Shown: positions 56,821-64,000 of the stretch, one piece after another
How positions within the stretch are numbered: position 1 is the first letter of the stretch
How the letters are laid out: the number at the start of each line of letters is the position of its first letter
From: an uncultured Alphaproteobacteria bacterium
GTDB taxonomy: Bacteria; Pseudomonadota; Alphaproteobacteria; CAAHEQ01; UBA3637
DNA: 64,000 nt
Direction: 5' to 3'
NCBI GenBank assembly: GCA_947586835.1
Contig: CANPXT010000005.1
Span: forward strand, 3,327 to 67,326
Notes under the pieces: model-generated
What the model was told of the DNA's origin: nothing
The model's input: the letters and a program-made list of their open reading frames with translations, nothing else
Databases searched by the model: none
Position numbers and translations under genes: made by a program

Positions 56821-58700
56821 AACATCTTTCCTTTACATTTTCGGGTATCAATTAACAATTGCGCCCGTTGAATTATTTTGGCTTGAGCTTCTTCGGTTTT
56901 TTGTATGTTTTCAATACCGAAAGCCGTTGTTTTTTGTAAGATTTCAACCCATTTTTTCGGCTCAATCACGCGAACAAAAGCTTCTTTAACGTTATCTCCT
57001 GCCTGACTTAACGCAGCGACCAGCGTTTCTTCATCAATGTGTTTTAAAAGAGTTTTTAAATCTGTTTCGCTCCAAAAGGAAAAGTCATCAAACGTGATGA
57101 GTCGCTTCGACAATATTTCGGCTGTCTGCGGAGCCGTTTGCGCCATATATGACAATAATTTTTTGCGCCGAATTATCTCCGTTAAACTCAAAATGGCAGC
57201 TGCTTTTATTTCACCCGAAGAAACCGGTTTTAACTTTTCATCAATCGAGAAAAAAGAAAAAACAGGCGATTGAAAATCTTCATTATTAAAAGCGCTGATT
57301 CGCAACAAAATTTCTGCCGCCAATCGAAAAGACAACGGCTTTAACACACGCGTTGCTTTTTCTGTTGACAATCGATAAAGAAGCTCAGCCGATGTTTGCG
57401 GATATTCATGCGATAAAAAAGCGCTTATTTTGCTATCAGGCACTTTATTTAATTTTTCCCACAACGATTTTCCGAAAACAGGCTTATTTAACTCTTTAAT
57501 TAAGGCTTGGGCGCGTTCTTTCGTTAAGTTTGCACGCAAAAGCGCTTTTGTTTGTTCTTGAGGCGGAACAATATCTTGCGGATGAAGCATTTGTCGATAA
57601 AAGCGCATTAAAATCGGATGAATATCAATGGCTTTGACACTACCTAATCCGGCTATGATATGTAAAAAGGTTTTCATTTCGGCATCACTCATTTGCTTAA
57701 ACATAAGTTGAACGCACTGATCCCCCAAACAAAGCAAAATAATGGCGGCTTGTTGCGCCGGAGAAAACAAGCTGTCATGGTTTGACTTAAAAGATGAATG
57801 ATCATACAATCGACAGCGCAATGCATTCACGGCAATTTCCGGCATTTGAACACAAACCGTTTGAACACGTGAAATTAAATTTTCTTCAAGATCTCCGATT
57901 ATTTGATGACGAAACATATTATTCGTTTCTTTAGGACGAACAAGTGAAAAATTCATTTTTTTCCGATAATGTCGCATCAGCCACAGCCAACACGCATATA
58001 CCAGCATGACTAATCCGGCAACGGTTATTAAAGCTACTGCGATTATTTGCCGATATTGAATTTTTTGAAAAGCAATCGGCGCAAATGACAAGGCGGACGG
58101 GAAGTCAACAACTTGAAACGTATCTCCTCTTTGCGGATTATACCCAATCATCATTTGCACATTTTTCAACAAATTGTTTTTTTTGAGCTGAAAAAATTGA
58201 TTACGTTGTTTATCAGTCGTTTCTGCAAAAAAAACAAACGCATTTAACTTTTTAACATGATATTTTGTGACTTGCGTCACGATTTTCCGACTTGTCTGAC
58301 CGGGCAATGAATAATTTTCGTTTACCTCATCGACCGACACAGTGGGTGTTACTTTTTCTTCAATCGTTTTCTTTTTTTGAATCTCTAATTCCGCCCGAAC
58401 CACCGCTTTGACGGATTCTTCCCCCAGAAAAGGCACAAAAACGGCTTGAATTTTTTTTTCGAGATACGAATCATATTGCGATTGCAGTAATGTATTTTCT
58501 TTAGGCAGTGATTTTTCGACAATTTGATGAATAAATTTATTTTGTTGAGCAACCGAAGGGACTTGATACCGCAATGACGGCGAAAAATAGCCGATACCGG
58601 CGACAACAAATGCACCGAAAACAATAAAAAAATATTTAACAAGCTTTTTTGACAAAGCGCAATCCCTTAACCAAATTTGATTGCGTATATTTTCGCTCAA
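56817..58700 (-). CDS. Fusion of a truncated FliF (MS-ring, C-terminal periplasmic part plus TM2) with full-length FliG (rotor/switch)
   Basis: FliF-like: YLEKKIQAVFVPFLGEESVKAVVRAELEI ... GYNPQRGDTFQVVDFP ... TM helix. FliG-like: AAIILLCLGDQ, FLSHEYPQTSAELLYRLS..KATRVL, LKTLLKHID.ETLVAALSQAG, EEAQAKIIQ. Non-ATG start (TTG at 58700, or TTG at 58655 after AAGGGA). Confidence 0.65.
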   Translation of the reverse strand: MSENIRNQIWLRDCALSKKLVKYFFIVFGAFVVAGIGYFSPSLRYQVPSVAQQNKFIHQIVEKSLPKENTLLQSQYDSYLEKKIQAVFVPFLGEESVKAVVRAELEIQKKKTIEEKVTPTVSVDEVNENYSLPGQTSRKIVTQVTKYHVKKLNAFVFFAETTDKQRNQFFQLKKNNLLKNVQMMIGYNPQRGDTFQVVDFPSALSFAPIAFQKIQYRQIIAVALITVAGLVMLVYACWLWLMRHYRKKMNFSLVRPKETNNMFRHQIIGDLEENLISRVQTVCVQMPEIAVNALRCRLYDHSSFKSNHDSLFSPAQQAAIILLCLGDQCVQLMFKQMSDAEMKTFLHIIAGLGSVKAIDIHPILMRFYRQMLHPQDIVPPQEQTKALLRANLTKERAQALIKELNKPVFGKSLWEKLNKVPDSKISAFLSHEYPQTSAELLYRLSTEKATRVLKPLSFRLAAEILLRISAFNNEDFQSPVFSFFSIDEKLKPVSSGEIKAAAILSLTEIIRRKKLLSYMAQTAPQTAEILSKRLITFDDFSFWSETDLKTLLKHIDEETLVAALSQAGDNVKEAFVRVIEPKKWVEILQKTTAFGIENIQKTEEAQAKIIQRAQLLIDTRKCKGKML

Positions 58701-58805
58701 AAAAATGAAAATTCCGTTAATAAAAAACGATTTTCATAAAAATGATAAAAAAAATGGTGACCAATAAACTTTTTTCATCTTCAAAAACGATTTTAAATGT
58801 TTTTT

Positions 58806-59144
58806 TTAATGTAATTGAATCACGGTTTGTAAATACCCCGTTTGCGGATAAATCACGAAAACACGACTTTGTTTATCAGCATTTTTTGTAATCAAACACA
58901 TATTATCGCCACAAGCAAAAGCCGTTAAAACTTCTTCATCGGGCATTAAAACGGAAAGTTTAACATTTTCGTTGGGAATCGCCGGTATTTGTGTCGTTTC
59001 GGACAAAGAAATAACCGGTGATTGTGTTTTTATCTTGCTTTGTAGTCCGGTATCTGCTATCCTATAAGCAATAAAAGTAAAACCTGCCAACAACAAAATT
59101 GAAAAAATGAAGACTAAAAATTTTAAAAACAATAAGGCTTTCAT
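58806..59144 (-). CDS. Small membrane-anchored protein, unknown function
   Basis: MKALLFLKFLVFIFSILLLAGFTFIAY plus a soluble domain of about 85 aa. The ORF track extends to 59228. Confidence 0.45.
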   Translation of the reverse strand: MKALLFLKFLVFIFSILLLAGFTFIAYRIADTGLQSKIKTQSPVISLSETTQIPAIPNENVKLSVLMPDEEVLTAFACGDNMCLITKNADKQSRVFVIYPQTGYLQTVIQLH

Positions 59145-59176
59145 TTGTTTTCTCTCACCGAACAGAAAGGATTTAA

Positions 59177-60181
59177 ATGCCTGATTTTCTTTCAGACGAA
59201 ACATTCTCTGATGACATATTATATACACAAAATGAAAATTTTGTCACGCAAAAAGTAACGGCAGAAACAAAAAATATGCGTCTTGATAAATTTTTGGTTT
59301 TATCTTTTCCGCAATATTCGCGCAATCAACTGATTCGTTTTATTGAAAGCGATTGCGTTAAAAACCAAAATCAAGAAATAATCGATAAAGCCGATTATCG
59401 TGTTCGATCTGACGAGTTTTTCAGCATTTTTCCGCCTCAAGCGCAACCCGCCGTTCCGCAACCGGAAAAAATCGCGTTGGATATACTTTATGAAGATAAT
59501 GATGTTTTGGTGGTGAACAAACCGGCGGGAATGGTGGTTCATCCGGGTGCGGGAAATATGAGCGGAACTTTGGTCAATGCGCTTCTGTACCATTGCCAAG
59601 ATTCGCTTTCGGGAATCGGCGGCGTCATTCGCCCGGGCATTGTACATCGCATTGATAAAGATACCAGCGGTATATTGGTTGTGGCAAAAAACGATATGGC
59701 GCATCAACGGTTATCGAAGCAATTTTCGGCTCACACGATTGAACGGATATATCAAGCATTTGTTTGGCAAAAAGTATTAAACGAAACGGGAATTGTTACC
59801 GGTGCCATCGGGCGCAGTCCGACAAACCGGCAAAAAATGTCTATTGTCAAGGTTAACGGAAAACCTGCCGTTACGCATTATGAGCGCATTGCCGTATATC
59901 AAACGGGACCGGCCTCTTATATTCGTTGCGTATTGGAAACGGGACGCACGCATCAGATTCGCGTGCATATGGCCTCTGTTAATCATTCCTTAATCGGGGA
60001 TACGATTTACGGCATTATTCCCAAATCGGCGCCGGAATATTTGCGTTACTTTCCGCGACAAGCCCTGCATGCCGGATTTTTGGGATTTATTCATCCGATG
60101 ACGGGAAAACATTTGTCATTTGAAGTCCCGCTCCCTTCGGATTTAACGGAACTTAAAAATTTTTTGGAAACAAACGGATAA
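59177..60181 (+). CDS. rluD: 23S rRNA pseudouridine synthase, RluA/RluD family
   Basis: S4 domain (RLDKFL), HRIDKDTSG, RTHQIRVH. Confidence 0.88.
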   Translation: MPDFLSDETFSDDILYTQNENFVTQKVTAETKNMRLDKFLVLSFPQYSRNQLIRFIESDCVKNQNQEIIDKADYRVRSDEFFSIFPPQAQPAVPQPEKIALDILYEDNDVLVVNKPAGMVVHPGAGNMSGTLVNALLYHCQDSLSGIGGVIRPGIVHRIDKDTSGILVVAKNDMAHQRLSKQFSAHTIERIYQAFVWQKVLNETGIVTGAIGRSPTNRQKMSIVKVNGKPAVTHYERIAVYQTGPASYIRCVLETGRTHQIRVHMASVNHSLIGDTIYGIIPKSAPEYLRYFPRQALHAGFLGFIHPMTGKHLSFEVPLPSDLTELKNFLETNG

Positions 60182-60185
60182 AAAA

Positions 60186-60217
60186 ATACGCGACGCCCAA
60201 GGATAAACGTCGCGTAT
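60186..60217. terminator. 10-bp perfect hairpin between the convergent rluD and OMP gene
   Basis: ATACGCGACG-cccaaggataaa-CGTCGCGTAT. Confidence 0.5.
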
Positions 60218-60242
60218 GCCCCAGTATTTTTAAGAGAATATC

Positions 60243-60830
60243 TTAAAAATAGTATCTGGCCGAAAGTTTCACATCATTCGACCGCATATCGCTTTTGGTC
60301 TGTCCGATGTAATCTTCTTTATATTTTACACGGGCTTGACCTAAATCTGTATAACGATAGCCTAAATCAAATGAAAGACAGGTATTGACATAATAGTCAA
60401 GACCAACTCCCGCCGTCCAAGCAAAATTAGATTTTGTAGCACCTTTGGCTTCGGGCAAACTATCCGTTTTATTCCAAGCCATACCTAAACCGCCCATACC
60501 GTAAATACTGATATTGTCATAAACAGGATACGTCAAATATAAATTGGCTAAAACAGGCAAAGACCATACATCTGTTTTTCTTTGACCTTCACTTTTCATA
60601 TTTACATCACCCCAACCACGATAGCCGACCGTTATGTCGCCCCGAGCAAATTCATTGAAGTGATACCCCATGCCAACACCTAATAATCCGGCATCTCCGG
60701 TGTTTTTAATACCGAATGAATAACCGGCTTCACCCACGATATAAGGTTTGCTGAAATCAATAGCTTGCGCACCGGCAGAATACATCATTAAGCCGGCGAT
60801 TGCCAAACCTGATAATAAATACTTCTTCAT
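60243..60830 (-). CDS. Outer-membrane beta-barrel protein (OmpA-like_N / OmpW-size porin family)
   Basis: Signal peptide MKKYLLSGLAIAGLMMYSAGAQA, alternating beta pattern, C-terminal ...LSARYYF. GGAGAATAAC-ATG at 60830. Confidence 0.75.
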   Translation of the reverse strand: MKKYLLSGLAIAGLMMYSAGAQAIDFSKPYIVGEAGYSFGIKNTGDAGLLGVGMGYHFNEFARGDITVGYRGWGDVNMKSEGQRKTDVWSLPVLANLYLTYPVYDNISIYGMGGLGMAWNKTDSLPEAKGATKSNFAWTAGVGLDYYVNTCLSFDLGYRYTDLGQARVKYKEDYIGQTKSDMRSNDVKLSARYYF

Positions 60831-61118
60831 GTTATTCTCCTTTCTTAAAAATATACGAAGCCTACTAACAATAGGAATGGGAAAAGCACTTGTCCAGCTT
60901 TTCACACTAAAATATTTAAAAATAAATATTCCGGTATGCCAAAAACATAAAATTTTATGTTTTCAATTAATTATTTCAATCATGATTTCAAAAAACGCTT
61001 ATTTTGACACCCCGTCATACTCGCACGATTCATTATATATATCGGCACTATCAATCGGACAGCAATGACGCCTCAACCTCGCATTCGAATTGATTAAATT
61101 TTACGAAAGCCGAATTTT

Positions 61119-62573
61119 TTACTTAACAATTTTAGAACATATACATTGATCGTTTCCATAAAAGGCAATCGACCCTTCCGGACAATTGATTTCATCGGCA
61201 CACCGGTGTTCACACACTTTACCAAACACGTTTTCCGGACATTCACATGCGCAGACTCCGTTTTTATAAACAGCTTTTCCGCCATTAATGCAATTAATTT
61301 GATTGGCGCAATTCATTTCGCATGTATCACCAAAATAACCGCTGTAACATTCGCATCCGCAGGCTCCGTTTTTATAAACGGTATAACCGTAATTACAGGT
61401 ATTTGTACATTTTTGAGAACAATCTTCGCCATAATAGCCGTTATAACATTCGCATCCGCATCCTTCCGGTTTATAGACCCGATATCCCGACTTGCAAACA
61501 TTTAAACATTGAAAAGAACAATTCTCGCCGAAATAACCTTGATTGCATTGACAAAAACTCTGTCCGTTTAAATAAACGCGTTGCCCTTGCGGTGCATACT
61601 GAGACGTACCGCACGGCAACAGAGCCATAGATTGCTCACAATTTTTTCCGAAAAATCCCTCTGCGCACTCGCAAAAACCGTACCCGTGTATTTCACCGTG
61701 TCCGCTGCATTCCTGACTTTTATCCGTTAATTCACAACGCCGACCGTAAAAGCCCTCTTGACAATCGCATCCGCCCCCCAGTTTACTTTCTACCGAAGCA
61801 TTATACCAATAAAAATCTTTTCCGTGTCCGTTACATACATCTCCGCTCGGATCAAACTGTTCGCAATGTTCGCCGAAATAACCCATCATGCATCTTTGGC
61901 AACTGCATGTCGGATTAAATTCGACGGCAGTGGCATGTCCGTTACAAAAAGTATCAATCGTACATAATTCCCGCTGAGCCGACACATAGCACCTACCGTT
62001 TGAATCTTGGCTGTCATAACCGGCTGCGACATCGCATTTTTGACATCTGTTTCCGGTATATCCCGGCTCACAAACACATTTTTCACCGTTCCATGTACCG
62101 AAAATCGTACATCCTTCAACATCAGCATCAGCATGTGCGGAAAGATTATTTTTAAACGAGTAAGTAATTGATTCGCACTTTCTGTTCACGATATTCGGCA
62201 AAACTTCATAGGGCAAAGACCAATTCCACGCGGCTAACTTTCGACATTCGTTTAACGACAAACCCTTAATTTGAATCGTAAAGTGATCTTCATACCCTAC
62301 GGCCGTATAATAGTAGCCTGATTTTAAATTTGCGCCTTTTTCCAACACGCTTCCTTCCGTGGGAATCATAGCCATTTGTTGCATACGAATTGAAAAATCG
62401 TTTGATAAAAATTTCAGCTCATCGATTACATTATCACAATGCCGATAAGTCATAAAAAAACTATATGCCCACCAACCAAAGAACAAAACAGCAAACCAAA
62501 TCGCAACCGTACGCACAAAATCTTTGGCAGTCATACCCAATTGTTCAGATTGTTTTTTAAATTGCGCTTTCAT
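61119..62573 (-). CDS. Membrane-anchored protein with eight tenascin/teneurin-type EGF-like repeats (eukaryote-like)
   Basis: AAGGAG RBS lies before the ATG at 62573. TM helix VAIWFAVLFFGWWAYSFF. Repeats: CVCEPGYTGNRC, CDCQEGFYGRRC, CECAEGFFGKNC, CQCNQGYFGENC, CECYNGYYGEDC, CECYSGYFGDTC, CECPENVFGKVC and CSCQRCMMGYFGEHC, several preceded by C.GHG. Confidence 0.75.
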   Translation of the reverse strand: MKAQFKKQSEQLGMTAKDFVRTVAIWFAVLFFGWWAYSFFMTYRHCDNVIDELKFLSNDFSIRMQQMAMIPTEGSVLEKGANLKSGYYYTAVGYEDHFTIQIKGLSLNECRKLAAWNWSLPYEVLPNIVNRKCESITYSFKNNLSAHADADVEGCTIFGTWNGEKCVCEPGYTGNRCQKCDVAAGYDSQDSNGRCYVSAQRELCTIDTFCNGHATAVEFNPTCSCQRCMMGYFGEHCEQFDPSGDVCNGHGKDFYWYNASVESKLGGGCDCQEGFYGRRCELTDKSQECSGHGEIHGYGFCECAEGFFGKNCEQSMALLPCGTSQYAPQGQRVYLNGQSFCQCNQGYFGENCSFQCLNVCKSGYRVYKPEGCGCECYNGYYGEDCSQKCTNTCNYGYTVYKNGACGCECYSGYFGDTCEMNCANQINCINGGKAVYKNGVCACECPENVFGKVCEHRCADEINCPEGSIAFYGNDQCICSKIVK

Positions 62574-62834
62574 ATGCGAACTCCTTATAAACACCTGTTA
62601 TATTCCGTTATATTTGCAAAAAGTATAACACTCATTGGAAAGAGAATCAACAATATATTTCAGAAATCATCATTTTTTTATAACAAAAGCGGAATCAACA
62701 ATTGAATTTTCACGAAAAATCTGTTTTTTTTAAGAATAATCACTGTCTAAAAAGACAGCATACCGAAAATGCATTCGTGATTTTGATTTTCAGTAACAGG
62801 GCACCCGTGCGTTACGATTTTGACAACAACAAGA

Positions 62835-63887
62835 TTAAAACCACCACCAACTTGTTGTCTCTGCCGTTGTAGCCGGAGTGTGCGTAGTTGTGTTGATCGG
62901 CATTGTCTGATTATTATTCGTTGTTGTATTGGTTGTCGTGGTCGTCGTCGTTTTACCTGTAGTAGTCGTTGTGCCCTTTGAATTTGTCGTCGTTGCCCGC
63001 GTGGTCGTTGTTGCCCGCGTGGTCGTTGTCGCACGTGTAGTTGTTGTAGTCGTATGCGTGGTTGTTATCGGCGTCGGCGTTCCCGTTGTCGTTATTGGCG
63101 TCGGGGTTTGCCTGCTCCTCGTTGTAGTCGTATGCGTGGTTGTTATCGGCGTTGGCGTTCCCGTTGTCGTTATTGGCGTCGGTGTCTGCGTGCTCGTTGA
63201 CGTTGGAGTCGTCTGTTCCGGCGTCGTCTGTATCGGTGTTGTTACCGATGTCGTCGATGGCGTCGTAGTCGTCGTTGTCCATGTCGTAGTCGTCGGTGTC
63301 TGCGTTGTTGACGTTGATGTCAGTGTTGACGTTGACGTCGGCGTTTGCGTTGTTGACGTTGATGCCCGTGTTGACGTCGACGTCGGTGTCTGCGTTGTTG
63401 ACGTTGATGTTAGTGTTGACGTCGACGTCGGTGTCTGCGTGGTCGTTGACGTTGGAGTCGTCTGTTCCGGCGTCGTCTGTACCGGTGTTGTTGACAACGA
63501 TGTCGTCGTTGGCGTCGTAGTCGTCGTTGTCCATGTCGTGGTCGTCGGCGTCGGCGTTGTTGACGTTGATGTCCGTGTTGATGTCGACGTTGGCGTCGGG
63601 GTCTGTGTGCTCGTCGTTGATGTCGACGTCGGCGTCGGTGTCTGCGTGCTCGTCGTTGTGGTAGACGTCGGCGTCGGTGTCTGCGTGGTCGTTGACGTCG
63701 GAGTCTGTGTACTCATCGTTGTGGTTGTTCCCCCCGGAGTTGTGGTTATGGTTGTACATTTCCCGTCATAGAATACGTCACCAAGTTCCTTTACTTTACA
63801 ACACTCGTCTAAGCTGTCATAATCATGCTCCTCCGGGTGTTTCAGAACATAGTCGCAATATTCTATGATCAATTTTAATGCTGTCAT
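62835..63887 (-). CDS. Thr/Pro/Ser-rich mucin-like repeat protein (no evident signal peptide from this ATG)
   Basis: The longest frame over the repeat DNA has a non-repetitive N-terminus (MTALKLIIEYCDYVLKHPEEHDYDSLDECCKVKELGDVFYDGKC), then about 300 aa of T/P/S repeats ending SWWWF. Confidence 0.55.
   Translation of the reverse strand: MTALKLIIEYCDYVLKHPEEHDYDSLDECCKVKELGDVFYDGKCTTITTTPGGTTTTMSTQTPTSTTTQTPTPTSTTTTSTQTPTPTSTSTTSTQTPTPTSTSTRTSTSTTPTPTTTTWTTTTTTPTTTSLSTTPVQTTPEQTTPTSTTTQTPTSTSTLTSTSTTQTPTSTSTRASTSTTQTPTSTSTLTSTSTTQTPTTTTWTTTTTTPSTTSVTTPIQTTPEQTTPTSTSTQTPTPITTTGTPTPITTTHTTTTRSRQTPTPITTTGTPTPITTTHTTTTTTRATTTTRATTTTRATTTNSKGTTTTTGKTTTTTTTNTTTNNNQTMPINTTTHTPATTAETTSWWWF
62995..63720. 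repeat. Nested imperfect tandem repeats (units of about 15, 45, 78 and about 250 bp) inside the Thr-rich gene
   Basis: 15 bp x3 near 62995-63040 (TTTRA x3). 78 bp x2 from about 63043 and 63121. 45 bp x3 at 63303-63437 (QTPTSTST.TSTSTT). Long copies of about 105 bp at about 63198 and 63448. Confidence 0.8.
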
Positions 63888-63975
63888 TTGTTATCACGGC
63901 CATAACTTGCGGATGAATGTATTTGTAAAACCATAAAATCCAAGAAAATATTACCGTTCCGAACAGAATCCACAT
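63823..63975 (-). CDS. Possible 50-aa TM ORF overlapping the start of the Thr-rich gene in another frame (possible frameshifted N-terminus)
   Basis: Hand-translated as MWILFGTVIFSWILWFYKYIHPQVMAVITNDSIKIDHRILRLCSETPGGA*. The frame stays open to the window edge (KPVIFYPQ...). Confidence 0.25.
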   Translation of the reverse strand: MWILFGTVIFSWILWFYKYIHPQVMAVITNDSIKIDHRILRLCSETPGGA

Positions 63976-64000
63976 TTGCGGATAAAATATAACAGGTTTA

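Noticed and set aside
61094-62134. Several 60-120 aa ORFs overlapping the EGF-repeat gene on both strands.
   Set aside because: They lie inside the 484-aa ORF, whose EGF periodicity is unambiguous. The repetitive Cys/Gly codons keep other frames open.
62929-63771. A 280-aa poly-Val ORF on the plus strand and a 268-aa Asp/Asn-rich ORF on the minus strand over the same DNA.
   Set aside because: These are alternate frames of the low-complexity tandem-repeat DNA. The Thr-rich frame is the longest, has a non-repetitive N-terminus and gives a biologically plausible composition.
1-64000. Search for transposases, integrases, prophage blocks, rRNA genes, restriction-modification systems or known defence systems.
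   Set aside because: No ORF showed motifs for these, such as a DDE or tyrosine-recombinase motif, cas genes, or methylase/endonuclease pairs. None is reported.

Overview
The window splits into two blocks with different base composition.

**Block 1 (1 to about 6.8 kb).** This block is very AT-rich and operon-like. It holds two diverged MccF/LdcA-type S66 peptidases, a frameshifted HD-phosphohydrolase/SAM-methyltransferase fusion, an AsnRS-like and an AlaRS-like catalytic core that both lack tRNA-binding modules, and a homodimeric-type GlyRS. I read this as a candidate locus for making and resisting an aminoacyl-nucleotide (aaRS-inhibitor-like) compound.

**Junction (6.8-7.5 kb).** This is a decayed non-coding stretch with a wHTH gene remnant, a G9 tract and a small toxin-like ORF.

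**Block 2 (7.5-64 kb).** This is dense housekeeping DNA. By gene content alone it looks like an alphaproteobacterium-like intracellular bacterium, which is an inference. Recognised genes and operons:
- leuS, secA, ftsY, mtaB and the miaB-phoH-ybeY-corC operon
- ftsEX-ydcF-plsC-anmK, psd-pssA and kpsF-lptC/A-lptB-pfk
- uppS, rluD, an Hpt-OmpR-EnvZ module, tRNA-Ser(GGA) and tRNA-Leu(CAG)
- ankyrin, Sel1 and ZitP-like proteins

The unusual content in block 2:
- **Membrane-anchored repeat proteins.** A pilin-like-anchored 658-aa protein carries a 23-rung CC (granulin-like) cysteine ladder. A second protein has eight tenascin/teneurin-type EGF repeats. A third is a GC-rich, mucin-like Thr/Pro repeat protein.
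- **Orphan three-gene flagellar module.** Its first gene is an N-terminally truncated FliF fused to FliG, followed by a motif-degenerate FlhF and FlhG.
- **Split transporter.** A transporter-HEAT protein is separated from its cNMP-binding domain by a single in-frame TAG.
- **LptC-LptA-LptA fusion.**
- **Tandem duplication of the tRNA-Ser 3' end.** The two copies are offset by 207 bp.
- **HSL-family hydrolase** with its nucleophile Ser replaced by Gly.

I saw no CRISPR array, rRNA, transposase or integrase. All functional calls come from reading motifs by eye. No database search was run.
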